Notes: a model not told the origin generated them from the letters alone. A stretch of DNA of 64,000 bases from Verrucomicrobiota bacterium (GCA_039815375.1 JBCBZJ010000003.1:203512-267511); one strand, 5' to 3'; numbered from the stretch's first letter, positions 10,312 through 20,060 are shown. Program-made: numbers and translations.

Positions 10312-10667
10312 GGCACTCCGTTCAAAGACATTTCTGAATAAAATAAACAATCAAATCCATTTTGAATGCCGAATATCTGAAAGAGGTTTCCAAACACTTT
10401 TCCCATGCGGATCGATCCGGCTTCTTTGTCGAACCGAAATTATGCCATAGGCTGAGCAACTGTGCTCCGCAAACAAAGATCATAGTTTCGAAAGCACGTT
10501 TGCATCGTTTTGGTAGAATTGGTTGTTACTATGGAAGTAGAACCAAGGTCTTTCATTTTTTGAGGCTGCACCATTGTATTTTGAGGAAATGGCTGTCTTG
10601 GAATGCCCTGTGCTATTCATCTGGTCTCGAAGCTTTGTGAGAACCGAAGCAGAATCGGACCAAGTAG

Positions 10668-12053
10668 GTGTCACTTTTTACGCGCATATTTCGGGACCCT
10701 TTCGGGTTTCAGGCTCTCGGGCAGTTCAGGTTTGGAACCTATTTTAGCTTTTTCAACGCTTTGACTTGGCTGATTGTTGTTGGTTCGCCGATGGTGCTGA
10801 TGGCCGAACATCTGGGAGCAACGGCTTTCCAGGTCGGACTTCTCTACTCGGCGGTCATGCTCTTCGTGCCTTTGCAGATGATGGCCGCGGCATTATTGCC
10901 CTACTTGGGGTACAAGCGGCAGATTGTTTTAACCTGGTCTGCGAGAACCGTCTTACTCATTATTCCGATAGCTATCGCACTGTTCGAGCCTGATGAGGCA
11001 AGGCCGCTTGCTCTTAATATCTTCATTGGAACGATCTTTGGCTACTGCTTTATCCGCTCGCTTGGAGCTTGTGCTTTGCTTCCCTGGTTTGTGGAAATTG
11101 TGCCGGAGAAGCTTCGGGGCCGTTTCTTTTCGGCCGATTCCTTCGTCATAGGCTCTGCCGGAGTGATCATACTACTCTTAAGCAGTGCCTTGTTTGCATT
11201 CTTCGAAACTTACGATGCCTTCGCACTTTTGTTCATTGGTGCGATCTGTGGTGCTGTCACCAGCATTCGATTTGTTATGAAGCTGCCTGATGGAAAGCGC
11301 CCCGAGGTTCTTTCATTTCCGAGGATGCTAAACCGATGGTCTGCTCTTCTCACTGAGCCGAGTTACTTTAGAATCTTTCTTCTCTTACAGATTGTTCACT
11401 CGCTGACGGCTTTTGGTCTTACCCCATTTACGGTCTATTATCTCAAGCGTTCACTCGATTACGGGATAAGTTATATTATGTTTTTAAGTGCACTCCAGTA
11501 TATCGGGATGTCGGTCGGTGCGCTATCGATAAAAGATCATATGGATCGATTTGGAGTGCGGCCATTCTTTGTGGTTACGCATGCCGCAGTTTTGTTTGTC
11601 ATCTTCTACTGGTGCTTGCTCGTCCTTGGATTCAAGTCTCTCTCAATGCTCTTGCCGGTGACTTTTTTTACGACAGGTATGGCGACGGCGGGATATTTTA
11701 CGGCAACTAACAAATATATGGCGAAGGTTTGCCGCCCTCGCGAACGTTCGATTGTTATCGCACTTTTTCAATCAACAGTCGGTCTCACGGCCGGGCTTGC
11801 GGCAACTGTCTGGGGTCAGATTCTTAAAGATACTTCAACGGGTGAAATTGTTGGGTCTCGTTTTCTGATTTATCTGGGAGTGTTTTCCGTGATTCAGTGC
11901 TACATGTGTTGGGGTTATTCCAGAATTCGTGAGAAAGGTCTTCCGAATCTACAAGCACAAGATGTCTCAGGCTGGAATCGTCCTTTGCGCTATTTCTTTG
12001 GCTTTGTAAATCTTGTGGAACCTCGACGGTCGAAGAAGCCGCCAACTCCTTAG
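10668..12053 (+). CDS. MFS transporter
   Basis: 461 aa, ~12 hydrophobic segments, VPEKLRGRFFS and MDRFGVRP loop motifs. Confidence 0.8.
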   Translation: MSLFTRIFRDPFGFQALGQFRFGTYFSFFNALTWLIVVGSPMVLMAEHLGATAFQVGLLYSAVMLFVPLQMMAAALLPYLGYKRQIVLTWSARTVLLIIPIAIALFEPDEARPLALNIFIGTIFGYCFIRSLGACALLPWFVEIVPEKLRGRFFSADSFVIGSAGVIILLLSSALFAFFETYDAFALLFIGAICGAVTSIRFVMKLPDGKRPEVLSFPRMLNRWSALLTEPSYFRIFLLLQIVHSLTAFGLTPFTVYYLKRSLDYGISYIMFLSALQYIGMSVGALSIKDHMDRFGVRPFFVVTHAAVLFVIFYWCLLVLGFKSLSMLLPVTFFTTGMATAGYFTATNKYMAKVCRPRERSIVIALFQSTVGLTAGLAATVWGQILKDTSTGEIVGSRFLIYLGVFSVIQCYMCWGYSRIREKGLPNLQAQDVSGWNRPLRYFFGFVNLVEPRRSKKPPTP

Positions 12054-12337
12054 TCCAAAGAGCGCCCTTGGCGTCTGGCGTAATCTTTTGGCGAGTGAGT
12101 TTTTAATGCGTTGACAGTTTCCCCAACCGTTTAATTCTCCGTGCCGTAGCCATGGTTGTTGGTTCTGGTTGTTGGTAGTCGAATCATTAACGCCTCGACG
12201 GCGACCATGAGCTACACCCCCGACCATCCTTTTTCGGCCAGCTGGATGGAAGCTTTCCTGAAGAACGGTTTTGTCAGAAAAATCCTGCTTTCCGGATTCC
12301 ATGCTTATCTGGACATTTCTCTCGAAGAAACTCCATT

Positions 12338-12353
12338 CGGCACGCTAAGCGCT
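12338..12353 (+). promoter_or_regulatory. Candidate sigma54 (-24/-12) promoter
   Basis: CGGCACGCTAAGCGCT fits GG-N10-GC; predicted start site almost abuts ATG 12366. Confidence 0.4.
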
Positions 12354-12365
12354 GCATTGAGTTGA

Positions 12366-13346
12366 ATGCGGACACTGTTGTTTTGGAACAGGGAGCTGGT
12401 AACGCGCTTTGTTGTTTTATTTTTCGTATTATCTTTTTGTAGTTCGGCTCGCGCAGTGAGATCGATCCGTTTTCAACCGGACTGGTTTCCTAATGGGCAA
12501 TTCGCTGGATTCTTTTTAGCGGCAGAAAATGGCTACTATGAAGAATACGGGTTTTCTGTAGACTTTGCCGGATTCGGATTTGGAGTCGATTTTGTGGAGG
12601 AGGTTGTTTCGAAGCGTGCGCATTTTGGAACCATTGAAAGCTACATTTTTCTTGATCGCGTTGCGAAGGGGGAACCGCTTGTTGCCATTGGAGCGGTGCT
12701 CGCGACAAGCCCTGCGGGATACATTTATTTGAAGTCTTCCGGGATCGAGGAGTTTGCCGACCTCAAAGGTCGATTGCTTGGTGTGCACAATTATGCGGAA
12801 GGGCTTGTGCAACTCTTCGAAAAAGAAGCAGGATTAACTTTCGGAGCGGTCAATTTGAAGAAGGTTGAACATGATCTATCAATCCTTCTCGACGGGCAGG
12901 TTGATGCACACCAGGGCTTTGCTATAGACGAGATGCTTAGCTTGCAAAAAAAGACTGAAGAAGCAGTCGATATTCTTTTGTTTGAGGAGCTTGGTTTGCC
13001 AATGTATTCAATGGTTATCTATACTTCGAGAGAGACCTTGGCTGAAGAGCCGGAGATTGTAGAAGGCTTTCTCGAAGCGACGGCCAAGGGCTGGTCTAAG
13101 GCAATAGATCAGCCGGAGAAAGCGGCTGTCGTTATCAGCGAAAAGCATCCGCATCCTGAAGTAAAGGACACGATCTTAGCGGAGCAGATCAAGATGATTG
13201 GCGATTTTATTAATCTTGATGCTGCGAATCCGAAAATGCGCACAGAGCTAGAGCGTTGGGAATCCATGCAAAAAGCCTTTATCCAAAGTGGCTTGCTGGC
13301 AGAACCTGTAGATTTGAATACGTGTGTCCTGAATGAAAGAGACTAG
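12366..13346 (+). CDS. NMT1/THI5-family ABC substrate-binding protein
   Basis: Signal peptide, then FQPDWFPNGQFAGFFLAAENGYYEEYG; FLEATAKGW motif. Confidence 0.88.
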   Translation: MRTLLFWNRELVTRFVVLFFVLSFCSSARAVRSIRFQPDWFPNGQFAGFFLAAENGYYEEYGFSVDFAGFGFGVDFVEEVVSKRAHFGTIESYIFLDRVAKGEPLVAIGAVLATSPAGYIYLKSSGIEEFADLKGRLLGVHNYAEGLVQLFEKEAGLTFGAVNLKKVEHDLSILLDGQVDAHQGFAIDEMLSLQKKTEEAVDILLFEELGLPMYSMVIYTSRETLAEEPEIVEGFLEATAKGWSKAIDQPEKAAVVISEKHPHPEVKDTILAEQIKMIGDFINLDAANPKMRTELERWESMQKAFIQSGLLAEPVDLNTCVLNERD

Positions 13347-13369
13347 AGGAGTTCGGAACCAAGCTGCTG

Positions 13370-14314
13370 CTAGGGAGTTTTGAGAACTGCTGTTTCTTTG
13401 AGGTAAGCAGTAATGGCATCTAGCTCCGTATCTCCGAAATCCTTGTGGCGGGGCATGATCGTATCGGGATAGACTGTCTTTGGGTCAACGATGACGGAGC
13501 GAAGGTAGGCCTCGTTGTATTGAGCATGTGTTTGAAGGATGATAAAAGGACGCTCTGCAACATTGCCACCTACACTTCCGGGCCCGAGATGGCAGGTGCT
13601 ACATCGTTGTAGAAAGATTTGCCTTCCCGATCGGGCAATCTTGCTAAGCTGATCCATCGGAGGAGCGAAGTAGGGTGCGTATCGCTCTTCCGTATTTACC
13701 GCACGTATCCCTGACATTTGTGTCGCGGAGATCATGCCGAATTTCGGTGATTCCGGATAGCTGTCGAGCTGACCGTCGATAAAGACATAAAAAGGTTCCA
13801 GCGGTTCAATGTTACCTCCGAACCACGGCCAATTCCCGTCTTTGGGGCTTTCATTATTGTAGTAGAGCAGTAGCAGTGGATTCTTCTCTTCAATGTAGCT
13901 GATCTCCATGAAACTTTCCCAGCGGTCGGTGCATTCGAGCACGAGTCCGTCGCCGTGACTTTGGAGTCCGAGCAAATTGATTAGAGACTTGAGCGGGATG
14001 ACACCAAGTTGCGCTTTGCCAGCTTTGGGAACAATCTCGGATTCAATGAGCTTGTAACCATCCAGTTTGGCGAGATCACTTCTTGTCAGATATCCGTCCT
14101 TAGATTGCCAGGCTCCCGAAAAAAATAGTGAATCCTCCGCAGGCTTTTCAGATCGAAGAGTCAATCGACTTTCGGACCCTTGTGATGATGTGCAAAATAG
14201 TAAGGCTGAAAATACGATCCACAGAGCATTCGGAGGAAAAAAAGCTCTTGCTGAACCGCGAAGAGGCTTAGTCCAGAGCGGGCTTTGCCCAAGCATATCT
14301 ATTCGCATTCGCAA
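13370..14314 (-). CDS. Exported protein: sulfite-oxidase-fold (PruR-like) domain fused to C-terminal class I cytochrome c
   Basis: Signal peptide; GRQIFLQRCSTCH heme motif with distal TIMP Met; N-domain pattern LTRSDL..L / GVIPLKSLI / ECTDRWES / LEPFYVF; paralog of 21590-22495. Confidence 0.75.
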   Translation of the reverse strand: MRMRIDMLGQSPLWTKPLRGSARAFFPPNALWIVFSALLFCTSSQGSESRLTLRSEKPAEDSLFFSGAWQSKDGYLTRSDLAKLDGYKLIESEIVPKAGKAQLGVIPLKSLINLLGLQSHGDGLVLECTDRWESFMEISYIEEKNPLLLLYYNNESPKDGNWPWFGGNIEPLEPFYVFIDGQLDSYPESPKFGMISATQMSGIRAVNTEERYAPYFAPPMDQLSKIARSGRQIFLQRCSTCHLGPGSVGGNVAERPFIILQTHAQYNEAYLRSVIVDPKTVYPDTIMPRHKDFGDTELDAITAYLKETAVLKTP

Positions 14315-14382
14315 AGACTTTCTCCTCGAAGGCTTAAAATTTTGAAGTCTGGTAGAGCCTCGATCTCGAGGTATAAAAATAA

Positions 14383-14409
14383 GGTCGGGCGACAGATTGC
14401 CGCCCGACC
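14383..14409. terminator. GC-rich hairpin, probable terminator/attenuator after the second TonB receptor gene
   Basis: GGTCGGGCG-ACAGATTGC-CGCCCGACC with T-rich tracts following on both strands. Confidence 0.65.
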
Positions 14410-14431
14410 AGTTTTTTTTAACAAACCCCGA

Positions 14432-16945
14432 CTAGAATTTGTATTTGAAGGAAAAGATGTAAGTCCGCTCGGGTGCTTTTGTGACCAGTGTATTCGCTGC
14501 GAAAACCGGATCAGAGCCGAGGAAGTAATCCTCATCCGTCAGGTTTTCGATTGAAGCGCCGATCTCCCATTTTTCAGTGGAGTACTTTGCTCCGATACCA
14601 AAAATTAGTGCATCCGGGAGTTCAATTTGATGGTCAAAATCGAGGAAAAACTCTTCCTGATAGATCATGCTTGCGGTGATCTCAAAACCGTTCTCGAAGT
14701 CGTATGCAGCGAATAGCTTGAAGACCTGCTCAGGCGTTCCGGGATAGACAAGGTCGGTGTTCTCGGGAGGAATGCCGAAATTACCGTCAACGTAACGGTC
14801 GCGACCATCAAAGCTACCAGTGCCGAAGTTGCTGTTGAGTTCTCCTCCATATAAAGCCCAGTCCGCTTCAGAGAAGGGGATTGTCCGAAACGGCAATGGA
14901 TCCAGGCGCCTTACTTCCTGGGAAGTAAAGGAACCGATAACAGTAAGCTGGTCCGTGACGAGCCAGGTAGCTTCAACTTCGATGCCATCTCCTTCGAGGG
15001 CCTCACTTGCACCGCTGCGTCCGTTGAATGCACTTTGCTCCCACTCATAGTAGGCGATTGACGCGTAGAGTTTGTTGTCCAGCAGACCTGCTTTGACCCC
15101 AACTTCCCACATTTCGTTATCAGCAAAGTTCGCTTCGCCAACGACTGCACCACCTTGGGTTGGATCCATCGATGTGCCCTCTTGATAATTGCCGTATAGG
15201 AATACCCCTTCGATCGTCTCAAGGTTGAAACCGAGACTGAAATTGATGAAATCCGTATCTCCGTCTCCGTCGTCTTCGAAGGCTATAATGTCCAGCGGAT
15301 CAACTGACTGAAGCTCTGAAGGAACATCGGCATCGAATTCTGCGATCTCACCACGAACCGATGCATTAATAGTAAGGCGATCGTCCAGAAGCTTTGATTG
15401 GCTGTTGGCGAATAAGGCATATTGCATAAGCTCGGATTCAACGTTGCCGCCGATTCCGCCGAAACCACCATCCCAGAAGTTTACTCCGTCAAGAGTGGTC
15501 TGGCCACCTGCAAGAATAATCGAGTTCGCGCTGATGATTGGTTGAGTGATGTCACGACGACTGAATGGCTCGACCCAAAAGTCCTGAAGTTGCTTCGCAT
15601 CAGTGTAGCGTAAACTTACACCTAGATTGACGGTGGTGAACGGGATCAACGTGCGCTCTGTTATGAAAGCTTTGGTCGCCAGAACGGTCTGCTCCGAGTC
15701 AAAGGCATACCCATACGAAGAAAGTTTTTCAGTTTCAAGCGACTCGGCTAAGCCCTTGATTGTAAAGATTCGATCCGAATTGGAATCGAAGACCAAATCA
15801 CCAAACAGGACGATGTTGGTCGAATCAGCGAAGTCACTTGGGTCCGTTAGCACCTCATTCCCGTCAATAGACTGCGTGACGGCCTGACCCCCGTTATCAA
15901 AATACTGTTGAGTGTAGACGTATTTTTCAACCCCGTCGGAATCCACAATGAACGCCATGTCATTGATATCGCCAAACTGAGGAACCAGTGCCTCAGCGAC
16001 TGATCTCTCGAGGGCAAGTGCTACGTCATTACTCACCTGATTCCGATCGGCAAATCCAAGATTGTTACCGTTGGTGATGTTGATCGCCTCGCCAATCACA
16101 TACTGTCCATCATCGATAAGCTCTTGTGTGGGTCGGTTCCAACCAGCGTTTTCGTTTGATTTATAATCAAAATACTCTCCGCCGACAAAAACGGACATCC
16201 CATCTTTTGGACGGAACTTCATGGATGCATAGACCGAGGTGAAATCGTTCGCAAAGTTATCGTAATAACTCTCACCGTCCTGACTCGTTATCGAAACTCG
16301 AAAGGCGGCTGGTATTTCACCCGGGAGGAGAAAAGGGGAGCCATAATCTGCAGTGACCGTCTTTCGCCCCCAGTTATCCACTTCAAGTTCGATTGAACCG
16401 GATTCTTCGTCGAAGAATGGCGACTTCGGGATCAGGTTGACAAAACCGCCAACAAGCGTCGGTGAATAATCAGCAGGCGCAGGACCTTTGACGACTTCGA
16501 TCGCCTCCAACGAACCGAATGACAAAGGCATCTCATTCCGATTAAAGGCACGAAGCATTCCGTTAAGGTAAGTGCCGCCCCTTACGCCACGAATTGTAGG
16601 TGCTCCCGGCACGCCGTAGTAGTTGATTGCCTGGGTTCCGGCGCCGATCTTCTCAAGGTCTCGAAGGTCATCAATGTTGAACTTGTCGAGGATCTCAGGT
16701 GAAAGGAGTGTGACCGAGCGCGGCACTTCAAAAACGCTTACCGAGTCCCCAAAGAGCCCGGATATCTCCCGATCTGTAGGCATCACCGTATCGACAAGCG
16801 CCGATTCGGTTTCGTTGAGGATGAAGGTTTCAAGGACGATGGTTTCATCTTCCTCGTCCGCAAGGAGCGAACTGATTCCAACGGCTGGTAGCAAGAAGAT
16901 GCATCGAAGCATCTTCGAGGTCTGTATTCGCATATTGGCTGTCAT
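14432..16945 (-). CDS. TonB-dependent receptor (non-iron substrate likely)
   Basis: 837 aa, signal peptide, plug (VPRSVTLLS, IEVVKGPAP, GGFVNLIPK), ENLTDEDYF, C-terminal YKF; embedded in NMT1/deaminase island. Confidence 0.9.
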   Translation of the reverse strand: MTANMRIQTSKMLRCIFLLPAVGISSLLADEEDETIVLETFILNETESALVDTVMPTDREISGLFGDSVSVFEVPRSVTLLSPEILDKFNIDDLRDLEKIGAGTQAINYYGVPGAPTIRGVRGGTYLNGMLRAFNRNEMPLSFGSLEAIEVVKGPAPADYSPTLVGGFVNLIPKSPFFDEESGSIELEVDNWGRKTVTADYGSPFLLPGEIPAAFRVSITSQDGESYYDNFANDFTSVYASMKFRPKDGMSVFVGGEYFDYKSNENAGWNRPTQELIDDGQYVIGEAINITNGNNLGFADRNQVSNDVALALERSVAEALVPQFGDINDMAFIVDSDGVEKYVYTQQYFDNGGQAVTQSIDGNEVLTDPSDFADSTNIVLFGDLVFDSNSDRIFTIKGLAESLETEKLSSYGYAFDSEQTVLATKAFITERTLIPFTTVNLGVSLRYTDAKQLQDFWVEPFSRRDITQPIISANSIILAGGQTTLDGVNFWDGGFGGIGGNVESELMQYALFANSQSKLLDDRLTINASVRGEIAEFDADVPSELQSVDPLDIIAFEDDGDGDTDFINFSLGFNLETIEGVFLYGNYQEGTSMDPTQGGAVVGEANFADNEMWEVGVKAGLLDNKLYASIAYYEWEQSAFNGRSGASEALEGDGIEVEATWLVTDQLTVIGSFTSQEVRRLDPLPFRTIPFSEADWALYGGELNSNFGTGSFDGRDRYVDGNFGIPPENTDLVYPGTPEQVFKLFAAYDFENGFEITASMIYQEEFFLDFDHQIELPDALIFGIGAKYSTEKWEIGASIENLTDEDYFLGSDPVFAANTLVTKAPERTYIFSFKYKF

Positions 16946-17229
16946 TGTGTTGTTGGTTCGTGGTTAGTTGTTAGTCGAATCATAAAATGGAAAGTGATTA
17001 ACGGGTGGTGATGCCTGACCGCTTGTAGATGCCTGACGACAGGCATCGCTCTAAAGGCAACAAGCGAAACACGAACCGCTGAAAAATACTCTCGAACCTC
17101 CCTGCAGTATTTTTGCAGGTGGAGAATTACTTTCAGGTTGCGAGGGAAAAGGCTCCTCGCAGCCTGAAGTCCCATTGGCGATGCGGTGGTCATTGTTGGA
17201 TCATTTTTGCGCGGCCGAGACCACGTCTC

Positions 17230-17275
17230 GGAGCAATGACCCGCACGAATTTTTCGCGCTGACTGCTTCTACTCC
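17230..17275 (-). ncRNA. NMT1-motif (xanthine-I) riboswitch-like aptamer
   Basis: Minus strand GGAGUA-GAAGC-AGUCA-GCGCGAA-AAA-UUCGUGC-GGGUCA-UUGCUCC has an outer stem, GAAGC junction and inner hairpin. It matches the layout I recall for NMT1-motif RNAs (GGAGUAGAAGC..UCAGCG..GC..AUUGCUCC). It sits at the predicted 5' end of the receptor mRNA. Confidence 0.7.
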
Positions 17276-17289
17276 TAAGCGATTAATTG

Positions 17290-17305
17290 AGCTTAAGTCG
17301 TGCCA
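17290..17305 (-). promoter_or_regulatory. sigma54 promoter for riboswitch-TonB receptor transcript
   Basis: Minus strand TGGCACGACTTAAGCT (TGGCAC-N5-AAGC, GG-N10-GC); predicted TSS ~17279, ~4 nt before the aptamer. Confidence 0.7.
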
Positions 17306-17355
17306 TTCGAGTCCTAATGGTGATTTTTTGAATAAATATCACCTGATTCACTCAA

Positions 17356-18375
17356 TCATTTCTGGAAGGAAGCATCAAATCGCGTAGGCAGGAACTTGAG
17401 TGGAGCGACTTCATCAACTGTCATTTCCTTGTCGAGAAGGCCAATTTCGCTGAGTGTGTTAATCTGGTCTTGTATCCTGCTTTCACGGATCAGTCCGGTT
17501 TCGTCGATTTGATTCCTTCCGCTGATCAACGCGTTCTCCTTCATTGCGCTCAAACTATAAGCGAGAAACTCGTCAGTCATTTTTGGATTCAACGATGCGA
17601 TTTCGGCATTCGCTTTTTCCCGAGGCCCTTTCATGTAGCTCTCCCATCCGCGGATTGATGCAGCAATGAATGCCTTTACGATCTCAGGCCGATTTGTGGC
17701 AAGCGCTCGGCTCGTGTAGATTACGCGGTAAGGATCAAAGCCTGTATCCGCAAGCAGGAGCGTCCGCGTCGGCGTGTCTTCCTTAGCCATGTAATAAGGC
17801 TCGTTTGTGATAAAGCATTGTTGGATGAACTCCGGATCGCTGATAAATCGACTCATGCCGTAGTCGAGTGGAATGACGTCGACATCAATGTCGAACTTCC
17901 GACGCAGGACATCGACAAAGACCGCTCCCGGTGTGGTCATGATCTTCTTTCCGTCGAGGTCGCCGAATTCTTTTACATCGCTGCCAGCGTGGACAAGCAG
18001 AGCTTGGGGATCGTGCTGCATAAATGAGCCGGTAATGACAAGAGGAACTCCGCGCGCCGACTGAATGATGATGTCGTCACTACGGCCGATCGCAAAGTCG
18101 GCATTCTTGCTCGCTACCTTTTGGTAGGTCATCGCGTTCGGGCCGCCCTGATTGATGGTTACGCTAAGGCCAACTTCTTCATAGTAGCCTTCGGCTACGG
18201 CTTGGTAGAAGCCACCGTGCTCGGCTTGTGCATACCAATCGGTCTGCAGAACGATCCGGGTGAGCCCATTCTCGTCGGTTGTTTGCTTCTTCCCGCAGGC
18301 AGAAAACGCGAGCAAGATAAAGAGAGCAGTCGTGGTTCGAATGAGTGCTTGGATTTTGTTTTCGAAGATCTTCAT
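17356..18375 (-). CDS. NMT1/THI5-family ABC substrate-binding lipoprotein
   Basis: Lipobox-like FSAC; LQTDWYAQAEHGGFYQAVAEGYY motif. Confidence 0.9.
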   Translation of the reverse strand: MKIFENKIQALIRTTTALFILLAFSACGKKQTTDENGLTRIVLQTDWYAQAEHGGFYQAVAEGYYEEVGLSVTINQGGPNAMTYQKVASKNADFAIGRSDDIIIQSARGVPLVITGSFMQHDPQALLVHAGSDVKEFGDLDGKKIMTTPGAVFVDVLRRKFDIDVDVIPLDYGMSRFISDPEFIQQCFITNEPYYMAKEDTPTRTLLLADTGFDPYRVIYTSRALATNRPEIVKAFIAASIRGWESYMKGPREKANAEIASLNPKMTDEFLAYSLSAMKENALISGRNQIDETGLIRESRIQDQINTLSEIGLLDKEMTVDEVAPLKFLPTRFDASFQK

Positions 18376-18392
18376 GATCGGATGCAGGATTG

Positions 18393-19214
18393 TTAGTTGA
18401 CTTCGGACTTTCGAACCGAGTCGTGCCAGTTCTTAAGAAGATACCAGTGCAACAGGTTAACACAGCCCACGAAGATGAAGCCCAAAAGGCAGGCGACAAA
18501 AGCTGTGGCAAAGAGTTCTGGAATCTTCAGTTGCGAGTTGTAAACGATGACCATGAATCCGATGCCACCAACGCCACCCTGCGAGCTACCGGCAAAAATA
18601 TCTCCGGTAATTGCACCGATTGGAGCCAGTGTTCCCGCTATCTTCATCCCGGTCAGGAAGTAGGGCATCGCGTAGGGGACGCGCAGATAGATGATCTCCT
18701 GGGATTTTGTTGCGTTACACATTTCCATCAGGTCGAGCAGGTTTCGGTCAGTTGAGACAAGTCCCATCGTGGTGTTTGCGACGACAGGAAAGAACCCGAT
18801 AAGAAATGTGATTACAGTGATACTGGGAACGCCCTGCCCGAACCAAAGCACGAAGATCGGTGCAAGAACGACTACCGGTGTCATCTGAAGAACAAGCACC
18901 CAAGGATAGAGGCTTTGCTTTACCCATACTGCTGAGGCAAGGATCATCGAGAGCACATAACCCACGACAACCGCCATCAAAAATCCCAGAACCGCAGTGA
19001 AGGCCGTCTGACTGGCAGATGCCAGAAGCACCGCTCGTTCGGCGATCAGTGCATCAAAAATCTGGTGCGGGAATGGAATGACAATGCGCTGGGTATCAAA
19101 GCCCTCCGCTTGGCCGTATGCATAGGAAATAGAATACCAAATCAGAAGAATCGCTGCGCCCGAGATGATCGGCAGCATCCAGAATTGATTATGCTTCCAG
19201 ATTTTCGTCACCAT
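18393..19214 (-). CDS. ABC transporter permease (SsuC/TauC type)
   Basis: QMTPVVVLAPIFVLWFG, FFPVVANTTMGL, LRVPYAMPYFLTGMK. Confidence 0.92.
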   Translation of the reverse strand: MVTKIWKHNQFWMLPIISGAAILLIWYSISYAYGQAEGFDTQRIVIPFPHQIFDALIAERAVLLASASQTAFTAVLGFLMAVVVGYVLSMILASAVWVKQSLYPWVLVLQMTPVVVLAPIFVLWFGQGVPSITVITFLIGFFPVVANTTMGLVSTDRNLLDLMEMCNATKSQEIIYLRVPYAMPYFLTGMKIAGTLAPIGAITGDIFAGSSQGGVGGIGFMVIVYNSQLKIPELFATAFVACLLGFIFVGCVNLLHWYLLKNWHDSVRKSEVN

Positions 19215-19217
19215 AAA

Positions 19218-19991
19218 TCAGTGCACGGTTCGAATTGCATGTGAGACTCGAGCAACGTAGTCGAGATATTCGCGTGTCTCTCGCAGCTCGGCATTGCGTT
19301 CTTGAGGCAGGTCGATTTCGATGACTTCTGAAATTCGACCCGGGTTTGCCGCGAGGACGATAATCTTCGTCGACAGGAAAACCGCTTCGGCGGCAGAGTG
19401 CGTCACAAAAAAGGCGGTCCATTGGTCGCGGGCATGTATTTTCAAAAGATCCTCGTTCAGATAATCCCGCGTCATTTCGTCCAAAGCACCAAACGGTTCG
19501 TCGAGGAGGAGGACCCGTGGCGAGAGCGTAAGAGATCTCGCGATGGAAACGCGCATCCGCATACCACCGGAAAGTTGCCAGGGGTAGCGATCGGTTGCAT
19601 GAGAGAGATTTACGAGATCGAGCATCTTTCTCGAGGTTTCAATCCTTCGGGATTTTTCGATGCCGCGAAGTTTGAGAGGCAGTTCAACGTTCCCCAGGAC
19701 ACGACGCCACGGGAGTAGGTTCGCCTCTTGAAAAATGAAGGACATTTCTTCGCGGGCATTTTTCGGAGTCATCCCATCCACCACGACATTGCCCTCAGTG
19801 ACCGAATATAGCCCGGCAATGATTTTCAAAAGCGTCGATTTGCCGCATCCACTTGGTCCAACCAAACTAATGAATGCACCTTTTTTCGCGCGGAAGTTGA
19901 TGTTATCGAGGACGGTTGTGTCGCCGAAGCGTTTTACAACGGACTCTAATTTAACCATCAGGTGGTCGGAAAATGGGCTTGGATCGCTCAC
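19218..19991 (-). CDS. ABC transporter ATP-binding protein (SsuB/TauB type)
   Basis: Walker A GPSGCGKST, LSGGMRMR, LLLDEPFGALD, FVTH. Confidence 0.95.
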   Translation of the reverse strand: MSDPSPFSDHLMVKLESVVKRFGDTTVLDNINFRAKKGAFISLVGPSGCGKSTLLKIIAGLYSVTEGNVVVDGMTPKNAREEMSFIFQEANLLPWRRVLGNVELPLKLRGIEKSRRIETSRKMLDLVNLSHATDRYPWQLSGGMRMRVSIARSLTLSPRVLLLDEPFGALDEMTRDYLNEDLLKIHARDQWTAFFVTHSAAEAVFLSTKIIVLAANPGRISEVIEIDLPQERNAELRETREYLDYVARVSHAIRTVH

Positions 19992-20060
19992 GATCTAAGA
20001 CGGACCACAACGGTCTTGTGTTCTACAACCATCTCGGTTCGTTCAATTTATATTTTCGGC

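Noticed and set aside
16942..17193. 83-aa ORF upstream of the TonB receptor
   Set aside because: No protein features; the region is better explained as a structured RNA leader
16946..17280. TPP riboswitch and thiamine-salvage interpretation of the NMT1/THI5 genes
   Set aside because: No CUGAGA TPP core in the leader and no thi/tenA genes in the island
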